This document shows, piece by piece, positions 8,607-17,080 of a stretch of DNA of 42,185 nt. Location: assembly GCA_050122435.1 (NCBI GenBank), contig JASFIX010000001.1, positions 1-42,185 on the forward strand. The letters run 5' to 3'. A program made the position numbers and the translations under genes. The notes under the pieces are model-generated. The model worked only from the letters and a program-made list of their open reading frames with translations, made no database searches and was not told where the DNA came from. This DNA is from Desulfobacterales bacterium (GTDB lineage: Bacteria > Desulfobacterota > Desulfobacteria > Desulfobacterales > JAHEIW01). Numbering within the stretch: position 1 is the first letter of the stretch; every line of letters begins with the position of its first letter.

Positions 8607-9857
8607 TTATTCCCCTCCCTCATAGCGCTGTTCAATTATCAGCGCCGGTTTTAACAGCAGCGAGACCACAAAGATGCCCAGCGCCAGGATACCGAGGGTA
8701 ATGCTGACCTCAACCCAGCTGGGCGCGTAATTCACCACTTCCCCAAGGGGTGAAGGCACCAGGCCGGGCACAATCAAACCGATGCCTTTTTCGATCCAGA
8801 TCCCTAAAAACAGCAACATACAGGCCGGTACCAGTACTTTGGGATTGTTCTTGCCCGGGTTAAACGCCATGGTCAGGGTGCCGATGAGGTTCATGACGAT
8901 GGCGGTCCAGATCCACGGGACCAGGGCGGTGTGGCCCTTGAGACCAAAATACAGGTAGATGGCCGGCTGACTGTGATGGGTGGGCAGATAGAATTCCTTG
9001 AAAACCTCCGAAAAGAGCATGATCAGGTTAATAATGGCCGCGACCACGCTGATACGCCGGATTTTGTTAAAGACCTGATCTTCAACGCGAAATGAGGTTG
9101 TGGACTGAACGATATTTAGCACGATAATGATCAACGCCGGGCCAGCCGCAAAAGCCGATGCCAGAAAACGGGGGCCCATCAAGGGGTTGTTCCAAAAAGG
9201 CCGGGCCGGCAGCCCCTGGTACAAAAAGGCCGTCACCAGATGGATTCCGAAGGCCCAGAATATGGAGATAAAAACGAGCGGCAAATATAATTTTTCGTTG
9301 GGTTTACGGTGGTAATAATGACAAAACAGGATGTAGGCCGGCACCAGCAGGTTCAAGACCAGGTAGCCGTTTAGCACCAGCACGTCCCAGGTCAGCAGTG
9401 ATGTGGGCCAATTGAACAGCCCGATTACCGGTATCATGTGCCATGCGTTCCAGGGGGCACCCAGGTCCACAAACACGAACAACAAGCACATGACCAGGGC
9501 GCCGATGGCCACAACTTCACCGACGATCACCACCTTGTGCAGGTCTTTGTCTTTAAAAATGTAGGAAGGTAAAATAATCATCACCGCGGCTGCGGCCACG
9601 CCCACCAGAAAGGTGAAATTAGCGATATAAAATCCCCAGCTGACGATATCCGACATATTCGTGGCTGCCAGGCCTATTTTTAGTTGAACAAAATAGGCAT
9701 AGATCCCCAGCACCATCAAAGCGGCCAGAATACACAGATATATCTGATATACCAGCCCGCCCGACAGGCTCCAGGTGATGACATCTTTGACAAATGCGAT
9801 GACTTCTCCAATGATAGACGATATGTGTGTCATTATATTTTTTTGTGTCGTTTCCAT
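8607..9857 (-). CDS. NrfD/PsrC-family integral membrane quinol-interacting subunit
   Basis: 416-aa polytopic membrane ORF located directly downstream of a Tat-signal 4Fe-4S protein gene. Confidence 0.8.
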   Translation of the reverse strand: METTQKNIMTHISSIIGEVIAFVKDVITWSLSGGLVYQIYLCILAALMVLGIYAYFVQLKIGLAATNMSDIVSWGFYIANFTFLVGVAAAAVMIILPSYIFKDKDLHKVVIVGEVVAIGALVMCLLFVFVDLGAPWNAWHMIPVIGLFNWPTSLLTWDVLVLNGYLVLNLLVPAYILFCHYYHRKPNEKLYLPLVFISIFWAFGIHLVTAFLYQGLPARPFWNNPLMGPRFLASAFAAGPALIIIVLNIVQSTTSFRVEDQVFNKIRRISVVAAIINLIMLFSEVFKEFYLPTHHSQPAIYLYFGLKGHTALVPWIWTAIVMNLIGTLTMAFNPGKNNPKVLVPACMLLFLGIWIEKGIGLIVPGLVPSPLGEVVNYAPSWVEVSITLGILALGIFVVSLLLKPALIIEQRYEGGE

Positions 9858-9872
9858 AGAGCCTCTGCAGGT

Positions 9873-10844
9873 TTAGTCGACAAAATACCAGAACTTGGGA
9901 TCCGTTCCCAGATCCTCCTTCCACCTGAAAACCTTCTTGTGCTTGAGGACAAACCGGATTTCACTGTCAGGATCCAGAAGATTTCCGAACACCCGGGCGC
10001 CGGTGGGGCAGGCTTCAACACAGGCGGGCAGCCTGCCGGCTCTGCTCCGTTGCACACAGAAGGTACATTTTTCCATCTGACCTCGTCCGCGTATGCGGTT
10101 GCCCAGATAGTGCTGTTTTTTGGTCATTTCTTCTTTCGGCACCACCGGGTCATTCCAGTTAAAGCGGCGTCCATAATAAGGGCATGCGGCGATACAGTAA
10201 CGGCAGCCGATACACCAGTCGTAATCAACCACCACGATACCGTCCGGTTCCTGCCAGGTGGCCTTTGTTGGACAGGCCTTGACGCAGGGCGCGTTTTGAC
10301 AGTGGTTGCACTGCACCCCCATGTAGAAATGATCTTCAACCGGTACCTGGTGATAAAATTTGGAGTTGCCGACCTCCGGGGTCAGTTGACCGTGTTCCAT
10401 TTCAAAAATGCGGATATATTGCATGTTGGATTTGCGGTCGAGGTTGTTTTCCTTTGCACAGGCGGCTACACATTCCATGTAACCCTCACAGCGGGTGACG
10501 TTAAAGGCATAGCCGAACAAAACGCCTTCGATGGGAGGTGCGGAGCTCATCTGGATATTGACATTATTTCTGATTTTAGCCAGCTGCTCCAGGCGCCGGA
10601 CCGTCTCATCTTTTTCCTCCTGGGTCATGAGGCGGTAATTTTTCTTGAAGTATTCCTTCCAGCGCAGCGAAAGCTCTTCTTTTGAGCCCAGCATGCTGCC
10701 GCCGCATCCGGCGAGCATCGCCGCACCGCCGAAGGCAGCAACTCTGGCGGCGCCTTTCAAAAATTCCCGCCGGCCGCAGGATTTGGTCTGCTGGCCGCCC
10801 TCTTCATGTGGTTTCTGACAGATCATATTTTTTTGGGGATCCAT
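9873..10844 (-). CDS. Tat-exported 4x[4Fe-4S] ferredoxin-like subunit (NrfC/PsrB/HybA-like)
   Basis: Twin-arginine motif GRREFLKGAA. Four Cys clusters: CEGYMECVAAC, CNHCQNAPCVKACP, CIGCRYCIAACP and CTFCVQR...CVEACP. Confidence 0.85.
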   Translation of the reverse strand: MDPQKNMICQKPHEEGGQQTKSCGRREFLKGAARVAAFGGAAMLAGCGGSMLGSKEELSLRWKEYFKKNYRLMTQEEKDETVRRLEQLAKIRNNVNIQMSSAPPIEGVLFGYAFNVTRCEGYMECVAACAKENNLDRKSNMQYIRIFEMEHGQLTPEVGNSKFYHQVPVEDHFYMGVQCNHCQNAPCVKACPTKATWQEPDGIVVVDYDWCIGCRYCIAACPYYGRRFNWNDPVVPKEEMTKKQHYLGNRIRGRGQMEKCTFCVQRSRAGRLPACVEACPTGARVFGNLLDPDSEIRFVLKHKKVFRWKEDLGTDPKFWYFVD

Positions 10845-10853
10845 GGTGTTTCC

Positions 10854-11483
10854 CTATTTGCCTTTGCTTAAAGGAGGTGAGTATGTTGCCGGCCACCGCT
10901 TCTTAAAGCGCGGCGAATGAGGATCATGACAGCCGGTGCAGTTTTTAACCACCCGCTGACCGGCCCAGTTTGAGATGCGCTTGCCATGGGCACCACCCAC
11001 CCAGTCTTTTTTCTGCCGGAAGTGGCACTGGCCGCACATCTGGTAGCTGTGATCCATATCGATTTTCGTGCCCTGTTCGGTTATCAAAAAATCGCGTTCA
11101 TCTTTTTTATGGCAGGTATAACAGGACAGGGGTCGTGCCTCGCTGCCGTGATTCAGGACGATTTCACCGTGGGCGATTTCAGCGGCCCGCGAGACCCTGA
11201 CCGGCCTGTTATTGTGGCATTGACTGCATTTAAAGCGCTGCATCTTGTCCTTGCGGGTCTCGGTGCGGAACTGCCCCCCCTGGTATCTTTGCGTCACCAA
11301 AACGGAAGGTATCGGAAGCGTCAGGGCCGCATCGACCTGCTTTTCATCATCGAAGGGCGCCGTTGCATTTTTGTAGATTTGAACGACGCCGCCCTCTGTG
11401 GAATATGCCAGGCCTGCCGCAAAAGTCAGAAGCAACACCGTCAATATTCCCCAGAGGTAATTTTTAAATATTGGTGTCTTCAT
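10854..11483 (-). CDS. Periplasmic tetraheme c-type cytochrome
   Basis: Signal peptide followed by four CxxCH motifs (CSQCH, CYTCH, CGQCH, CTGCH). Confidence 0.85.
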   Translation of the reverse strand: MKTPIFKNYLWGILTVLLLTFAAGLAYSTEGGVVQIYKNATAPFDDEKQVDAALTLPIPSVLVTQRYQGGQFRTETRKDKMQRFKCSQCHNNRPVRVSRAAEIAHGEIVLNHGSEARPLSCYTCHKKDERDFLITEQGTKIDMDHSYQMCGQCHFRQKKDWVGGAHGKRISNWAGQRVVKNCTGCHDPHSPRFKKRWPATYSPPLSKGK

Positions 11484-11498
11484 ATCAACCCTGATGGC

Positions 11499-12179
11499 TT
11501 AGGATTTAGGTTTTCTCTGCCACTCCGGCGCATTGGTTACCGGTACGTGGCACTGCCGGCAATTTCCCCGAGACGGGTGTTCCACCCGAATGGTAGCTAT
11601 CGTTCCCGGTCCCACATGACAGGCAATACAGTTGGCTCGCATTTGAATTTCATGCGGAATCGGCAGTGGCGCCCCCGGCAAGGCGGCGCGTCCCAGGCGG
11701 GGTGGTGCCACACTCTGCCAGTCGGTTTCAACAAAGAGTTTGGCCTCGGTTACGGTAATATGACATTGTTGGCAGGCTTCCTGCTCGGGGTGCGGCGTAA
11801 CGGGCGTATTCTTTTTCAGCTCTTCCGTCCAGCCACCCCGGAGGTGACAGGCCAGACATTCGACTCGGGCCAGATCCGGCTCTTCGACTTTATGGGGAAT
11901 AAGCGGCGGTGACCCCGGATACTGCCTCAGGGAGTAGTATTCTTCGAGTGTGCGCCCGGTGGAAGTGCCTTCCAGGTAGTCTTTGGATACCTGGTCATAG
12001 TTTACAAAGATGGCTTTTCCGCTATTGTCAAAGTTCATGTCTTGGGATTCCGCAATGGTGGTTTCCGTTCCTTTCGGCTCGGATGAAAAAGCTGAAAGCA
12101 CAATCAGCGGCAATACCAAGATGCAGATTCCGGCGAATATCAGAAAAACCTTTCCCACTTTCTGGTCTGATTTTTCCAT
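11499..12179 (-). CDS. napB: Tandem-duplicated NapB-like tetraheme cytochrome with N-terminal hydrophobic anchor/signal
   Basis: There are two copies of the NapB pattern [P-G-x-P-x-x-I-P-H ... CxxCH ... CxQCH]. Copy 1 is YPGSPPLIPHKV..CLACH..CQQCH. Copy 2 is LPGAPLPIPHEI..CIACH..CRQCH. The start overlaps the napA stop (TAATG). Confidence 0.75.
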   Translation of the reverse strand: MEKSDQKVGKVFLIFAGICILVLPLIVLSAFSSEPKGTETTIAESQDMNFDNSGKAIFVNYDQVSKDYLEGTSTGRTLEEYYSLRQYPGSPPLIPHKVEEPDLARVECLACHLRGGWTEELKKNTPVTPHPEQEACQQCHITVTEAKLFVETDWQSVAPPRLGRAALPGAPLPIPHEIQMRANCIACHVGPGTIATIRVEHPSRGNCRQCHVPVTNAPEWQRKPKS

Positions 12180-14488
12180 TATACTCTCTCCAGTTTAACC
12201 GCACATTTTTTATAATCCGGCTGTTTGGATATGGGGCAAAACGCATCCAAAGTGGCCTCGTTGATTAAATAGCTTTCATCAAAGAAGGGCACGAAAACCA
12301 TGCCCCGGGGCGGACGCCCCCGGCCGTTGATACTGGCCTTCATTGTCACCGATCCCCGGCGGGATGAAACTTTGACTTTGCTGCCGTTGGTAATTCCCAT
12401 ACGGGCGGCATCGTCGGGGTTGATTTCCACATAGGCCTCGGGAACCGCCCGGTGCAGGACCGGCACGCGCCGGGTCATGGATCCGGTATGCCAGTGCTCC
12501 AGGATCCGTCCGGTATTGAGCCAGAAGGGATATTCGCTGTCGGGCGATTCTGCCGCCGGTTCGTAAGGCCGCAGCCATATCCAGGCCCTGCGGTCCGGCT
12601 TGCCGTAAAAATCAAAGGAATCGCCCTCGGCCGCCGGGTCGTACTTGGCGTTGTAGCGCCATTTGGTCTCTATTCCATTGACGTAGGGCCACACGATCCC
12701 GGATTTTGCTTTCAGGTCATTGTAAGGCGCCATGCGGTGCTTGGGATTGTCGTGGAACTGGATATATTCATTCCAGATGTCTTCGATGTAGGTTTCTTCT
12801 GACCAGGAGAACTGTTTTTCAAAACCCATTCGCCGGGCCACCTCGATAATCTGCCAGGTATTGCTCATGCAATCACCCGGCATGGGAATGATCTGCTCAT
12901 TGTGCTGGGTGCGCCGCTCAGAATTGCCGAAAAATCCTTCACGTTCGATCCAGAGGGCAGCCGGCAGGACCACATCGGCCACATCATAAGTGGGGGTCGG
13001 ATATATCTCGGATACCACGATGAAGCGATCGTCCTTTTTGGCGCCGTCGCGGTAGCGGTTCAGGTTGGGCATGGTAACCATGGGGTTGGTGACCTGGATC
13101 CACATGAAGCGAATGTCGCCGCGATCCAGGGCCCGGAACATTTCGACCGTATGATAGGTAGGCTTGGGATCGATATTTTCTACGGGTACGTCCCAGATCT
13201 TGGCAGCCAGCTTGCGGGCGCCTTCTTTCATGACCACGCCTTTGGGCAGCTTGTGGGTCAGGGTGCCGACCTCGCGCACCGTGCCGCAGGCGCTGGGCTG
13301 CCCGGTCAGTGAAAAGGGCCCGTTGCCCGGCTGGGAGATCTTGCCCACCAGCAAATGACAGTTGTAGACAAGGTTGTTGATCCAGGTTCCCCGGGTATGC
13401 TGGTTCATACCCATGCACCAGTAAGAGACAACCTTCTTGTCAGGGTCACCGAAAAGCGCCGCCAGATATTTAATGTCTTTGGCCGGCACACCGGACAGTT
13501 TTTCGACCTTTTCCGGTGTGTAATCCTCCAAAAAGGCCTTGAAGGTTTCAAAGTCGACCTCTTCGCCTTTGTCTTTGAACTTGAAATGGTCCTGGGTGCC
13601 GTAGCCGATATTGGTTTTACCCTTGTGAAAGGAAACATGTTTGTTGACAAAATCCCAGTTGACCCAGTCATTGCGAATGATTTCATAACAGATGGAGTTT
13701 GCCACTGCCAGATCGGTCTGGGGTCTGAAAATGATCGATTTATCTGATGCCTGGCTGGTGCGGGTGGTGCGGGTGGCAAAATCAATAATCTTGACATGAT
13801 TCTTGGCTTTGCGGTTGGCCAACATTCTGGAAAAGAGCACCGGATGCATCTCGGCCATATTGTTGCCCCAGGTAATGAAAACATCAGCCTGATCGATATC
13901 ATCATAGCTGCCCATCGGCTCGTCCATGCCGAAGCTGGTTAAAAATCCGGTCACGGCACTGGCCATGCACAAACGCGCATTGGCCTCCAGATTGTTGGTG
14001 CCGATACAGCCCTTAAACAGTTTGGCGGCAACGTAACCATCGGTAATCGACCATTGCCCGGAACCGTACATGGCAACGGAGTCCTTCCCGTGGCTTTTGA
14101 TGCTTTCCTGCATTTTGCTGGCCACCAGGTCGAGGGCTTCTTTAAGGGGCGTTTCCACCATCTTGCCGTTTTTACGAACCAGCGCCTTGGTAACTCTGTC
14201 CTTGCCATAAAGGATCTGGATGGAATGATAGCCCTTGACGCAGCACAGACCCTTGTTGACGGTACAATTGGGATCACCTTTGACGGCTACGGCGCGGTCA
14301 CCGGAAACACCGACCAAGAGGCCGCACCCGGTGCCGCAGAACCGGCAGGGCGTCTTTTTCCATTCAATCCCTCCTGAATCGACATTGTTCCAGGCGCCGA
14401 AACTGATTCCCGGAAACAGTACCGCAGCCGAAGCGACAGCGCTCTGTGTCGCTGCGGATTTGATGAATTGTCTTCTGGTAATGTCCAT
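12179..14488 (-). CDS. napA: Periplasmic nitrate reductase catalytic subunit NapA (Mo-bisPGD, Tat-exported)
   Basis: Tat motif TRRQFIK. The segments WKKTPCRFCGTGCGLLVG, GDPNCTVNKGLCCVKGY, ARLCMASAVTGF and FGMDEPMGSYDDID align closely with E. coli NapA as I remember it. Confidence 0.95.
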   Translation of the reverse strand: MDITRRQFIKSAATQSAVASAAVLFPGISFGAWNNVDSGGIEWKKTPCRFCGTGCGLLVGVSGDRAVAVKGDPNCTVNKGLCCVKGYHSIQILYGKDRVTKALVRKNGKMVETPLKEALDLVASKMQESIKSHGKDSVAMYGSGQWSITDGYVAAKLFKGCIGTNNLEANARLCMASAVTGFLTSFGMDEPMGSYDDIDQADVFITWGNNMAEMHPVLFSRMLANRKAKNHVKIIDFATRTTRTSQASDKSIIFRPQTDLAVANSICYEIIRNDWVNWDFVNKHVSFHKGKTNIGYGTQDHFKFKDKGEEVDFETFKAFLEDYTPEKVEKLSGVPAKDIKYLAALFGDPDKKVVSYWCMGMNQHTRGTWINNLVYNCHLLVGKISQPGNGPFSLTGQPSACGTVREVGTLTHKLPKGVVMKEGARKLAAKIWDVPVENIDPKPTYHTVEMFRALDRGDIRFMWIQVTNPMVTMPNLNRYRDGAKKDDRFIVVSEIYPTPTYDVADVVLPAALWIEREGFFGNSERRTQHNEQIIPMPGDCMSNTWQIIEVARRMGFEKQFSWSEETYIEDIWNEYIQFHDNPKHRMAPYNDLKAKSGIVWPYVNGIETKWRYNAKYDPAAEGDSFDFYGKPDRRAWIWLRPYEPAAESPDSEYPFWLNTGRILEHWHTGSMTRRVPVLHRAVPEAYVEINPDDAARMGITNGSKVKVSSRRGSVTMKASINGRGRPPRGMVFVPFFDESYLINEATLDAFCPISKQPDYKKCAVKLERV

Positions 14489-14512
14489 TTGCTTGCTCCT
14501 TTTGTGTGTCCT

Positions 14513-14743
14513 CTATTCATCCGTATGGCCGAAGGTCATGCCTAGCGACTCCAATGATTCTAAGGCCTCAAGTTTTTCCTGTAATTTTTTTTCGGTTTCC
14601 TCGTCGGGCGTGTCAGTTACCAGGATCAAGACCTCTTCATTTTCGGCCGGTGTAACCTCGCAGAAATCCAGAGCGGCCAGGTCATTGACCAGCTGCTCCT
14701 TTGCACCCTGAACTGGATATGCCAGATAGCTGAAAATCGGCAT
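14513..14743 (-). CDS. napD: NapD-like Tat-proofreading chaperone
   Basis: 76-aa ORF 24 nt upstream of napA. It shows the NapD-like pattern: a beta-alpha-beta start, CEV, then an acidic helix. Confidence 0.7.
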   Translation of the reverse strand: MPIFSYLAYPVQGAKEQLVNDLAALDFCEVTPAENEEVLILVTDTPDEETEKKLQEKLEALESLESLGMTFGHTDE

Positions 14744-14972
14744 CAGCGGTTCTCTTATTTGTCGTTTGTGGATCCGGTTTCTTATAGGACCCAGTTAAAG
14801 GCTGGTAGTTGGGTTGATGAACAAAACGAAAACGATTTTTTAATAGCTTGTGTCTTTTTATTTTTGAAAAAAACAATCTTTTTTGTTTTATTTCGTAATG
14901 TTATGTTTTTAAGCGGGCTTTCCAAAGAGTACTTCGATGTGGTATATTGATTTGTAACAGCTAACCTGGAAT

Positions 14973-14998
14973 AAACATTTGACTTAAGTCAAATGTTT
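14973..14998. promoter_or_regulatory. Perfect 26-bp palindrome containing a CRP/FNR-type box TTGAC-N4-GTCAA
   Basis: The sequence is aaacatTTGACttaaGTCAAatgttt. It lies about 240 bp upstream of the napD start in a 443-bp AT-rich intergenic region. Confidence 0.5.
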
Positions 14999-15186
14999 CA
15001 TACCAAAATACTATGAAATAGAAATAGGGTAAACACTGTATTTTTTAATTTTAAATACAGCATTTTAGGCAAGCGCTTCTAAAGGAAGATCAATCAAGGA
15101 GCATGAGGTGAAGTATTTTACGCATTAGAAAGTTGATGAATTCCTGGATGTGGTTTGATGCATGTGTCCCATGTATCTTTCGGTTT

Positions 15187-16092
15187 TTATATGCCCCAAT
15201 AACGCAGAATGTATTTTGAAGCCACGACAATAATTATGCCTCCGAGCATCAGTTTAATCCAGCGTTCAGGAGCGTATTTCTGCAATCTGGCGCCCAGATA
15301 CATCCCCCCCAGCCCTCCCAACCCGAATAATATGCCCAGCAGCCAGTCCGGCGCGGCGACTGCTCCGTTTATGGGGATAAGGCTGTAAAAGGTCACACCG
15401 GCCAGTGATGAAACAAAGGTTCCCAAGAGCACCGCACCGGCGATGGCATACACCGGCAACCTGAAGAATGTGATTAAAAACGGTGCGATAATCGAACCGC
15501 CGCCGATACCGTAGACACCGCCAATGATACCCACTGCCAGGGCCACTCCGAACAACTGTATGGTTGCAAACGAATAAGTGGCGTCTTTGAAGTTAAAACG
15601 CGTGCTCTTCAAGGCGATTGACGCTTCTTCCACCCTGTCGGTGAGGGTGCAGTTTTCAGAGGTTTGAGATCCTGCGATTTTACCGTTTAATGCTTCTTTT
15701 AAAAGTTTGACCGCAATCAACAATAAGACACAGCCGACAAAGAATTTAAAGATCTTCGGATCCGGCAAATAGGTGATGCGCAGATAATAACCGACAAGAA
15801 CGCCAGGAATAATACCGGCCACAATCAACATGGCCACCGGCCACACGAAGCGACACTCTCTGGCGTAGCGGTACACACCACCGGGGGTGCCGGTCACATT
15901 GAACAAAAAATTGGTGGATGTGACCGCAGGACTCGTAAATCCCAGGACACTCATTTGAAACGGCAGCAGCAAAAATGCACCGGAAATTCCGCCCATGGAG
16001 GTGAAAAAAGAGATACCAAAAGCCACCAGCGGCGGGATCAAGATAAACGTCTCAACCCCGGAAATCGGAAATGTAAATTGAAAAAAATCCAT
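15187..16092 (-). CDS. TauE/SafE-family (DUF81) anion exporter-like membrane protein
   Basis: 301-aa ORF with two hydrophobic halves and glycine-rich TM motifs (GGISGAFLLLP, GIGGGSIIAPFL). Confidence 0.8.
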   Translation of the reverse strand: MDFFQFTFPISGVETFILIPPLVAFGISFFTSMGGISGAFLLLPFQMSVLGFTSPAVTSTNFLFNVTGTPGGVYRYARECRFVWPVAMLIVAGIIPGVLVGYYLRITYLPDPKIFKFFVGCVLLLIAVKLLKEALNGKIAGSQTSENCTLTDRVEEASIALKSTRFNFKDATYSFATIQLFGVALAVGIIGGVYGIGGGSIIAPFLITFFRLPVYAIAGAVLLGTFVSSLAGVTFYSLIPINGAVAAPDWLLGILFGLGGLGGMYLGARLQKYAPERWIKLMLGGIIIVVASKYILRYWGI

Positions 16093-16122
16093 GCCAATAG
16101 CTTTCAGTTTACAGGAGTTAAT

Positions 16123-16617
16123 TTAAGGCTCGGTGGGAATCCACATAAGCTCCGGGTTTAGCCTATCGGTCCAGGGAATGTCCGAGTTTCGCCAGCCGTT
16201 TTTAAGACGCTTGCCGTAAAACGGACTGGAAGGATCTTTAACCCGATCGCCCTCGAAGCCGTCGGTAACCGAATAAGCAGTCTTGAAACCGGCCGATGCC
16301 ATTGCATTTACAGCGGCGGCGCTGCGGTTGCCGGAGCGGCAGATCACCAGAATCGTATCGGAGGCTTTGAATTTTCGGCTGACTTCAGCGATAAAGTTCG
16401 GGTTTACCCTCATCAAAGGTCCTTTGCTGCGTATCGCCATTTTATAATTGAACAATTGAAAGGGGATATTATGGGCCATTGGGGCATGGCCGACAAAAAT
16501 GTATTCTTCCGGCGTTCGGACATCCAGAATATTTATTTTATTTTTGTCCGCCAGCCACATTTTATAGGCTTCTTTATATCCAAATTTATCTAAAAATATC
16601 ACAAAAAATTTCGTCAT
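16123..16617 (-). CDS. Single-domain rhodanese-like sulfurtransferase
   Basis: ILDVRTPEEY...GHAP and active-site loop CRSGNRS. Start 16617 overlaps the upstream gene by 32 nt. An alternative ATG lies at 16560. Confidence 0.8.
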   Translation of the reverse strand: MTKFFVIFLDKFGYKEAYKMWLADKNKINILDVRTPEEYIFVGHAPMAHNIPFQLFNYKMAIRSKGPLMRVNPNFIAEVSRKFKASDTILVICRSGNRSAAAVNAMASAGFKTAYSVTDGFEGDRVKDPSSPFYGKRLKNGWRNSDIPWTDRLNPELMWIPTEP

Positions 16618-16915
16618 CTGCGGACATACATTGGGTCTTCAGCAGTTTATATTTGGCCAGAAGGTCTTTACCGGTCTGAGAAAGGCGCGATCCCTCTTTG
16701 CGGTCGGTATGAACAATACGGGCATTCATGTGTTTTTCAGTCGTCTTGATTTTGCTCCAGACTGCTTTGTACGACATTCTCATTAATTTAGCGGTCTGAT
16801 TCATAGAGCCCGTCTGATCAATATGCTCCAGGATTTTCGCTCGACCTTCCCCGATAATAATGTTGTTGTTTTCATCCACAATCCACTGGCTTGACCTTAA
16901 TTTGAGCTCTGCCAT
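16586..16915 (-). CDS. ModE-N-terminal-like winged-helix regulator (no Mop domains)
   Basis: 109-aa ORF. GEGRAKILEHIDQTGSMNQTAKLMRMSYKAVWSKI matches the ModE/LysR-type HTH pattern. Confidence 0.65.
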   Translation of the reverse strand: MAELKLRSSQWIVDENNNIIIGEGRAKILEHIDQTGSMNQTAKLMRMSYKAVWSKIKTTEKHMNARIVHTDRKEGSRLSQTGKDLLAKYKLLKTQCMSADDEIFCDIFR

Positions 16916-16976
16916 TGTCTATTCTCCATAAGCTGTAACTCAAAAAAATTGTTAGTACGAAAATACAAAATGGGTC

Positions 16977-17075
16977 AGGAGGCTGGAAAGCTAGGAAGCT
17001 GGAAGGCTTGGAGGCTAGAAATAATTCATCCCTTCAAGCTTTCTGGCTTCCCAGCATCCAAGCCTTCAGGCTTAG
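16977..17075. repeat. Tandem-repeat palindrome, unit GGARGCTN (period 8)
   Basis: Five units run from 16978-17017 (ggaggctg gaaagcta ggaagctg gaaggctt ggaggcta). An AT-rich spacer follows, then five complementary-type units at 17031-17070. 17002-17012 pairs perfectly with 17057-17067. Confidence 0.8.
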
Positions 17076-17080
17076 TTTAA

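Noticed and set aside
9684-11912. Long plus-strand ORFs (333 aa at 9684-10685, 308 aa at 10986-11912) antisense to the nap-associated Fe-S and cytochrome genes. Similar antisense ORFs occur at 12902-13747, 18616-19108, 23651-24304, 25298-25801 and 35173-35742.
   Set aside because: They lie opposite genes with clear family signatures. Their composition is low-complexity (Arg/Gly/Pro-rich) and they lack recognisable motifs or SD sites. These are typical shadow ORFs.
14755-14896. Possible seventh, degenerate tandem-repeat palindrome upstream of napD (ttgtcgtttgtg ... acaaaacgaaaacga ... ttttgttttatttcgt).
   Set aside because: The arms are A/T homopolymer-rich, the unit boundaries are unclear and the third block has the wrong order for a hairpin. 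I cannot distinguish it from AT-rich low complexity by eye.
14973-14998. Reading the 26-bp palindrome as the intrinsic terminator of the tauE operon.
   Set aside because: The stem is AT-rich with a 4-nt loop and no U-tract follows on the transcribed (minus) strand. The TTGAC-N4-GTCAA core recurs at a second control region, so I kept it as a regulator site with moderate confidence.
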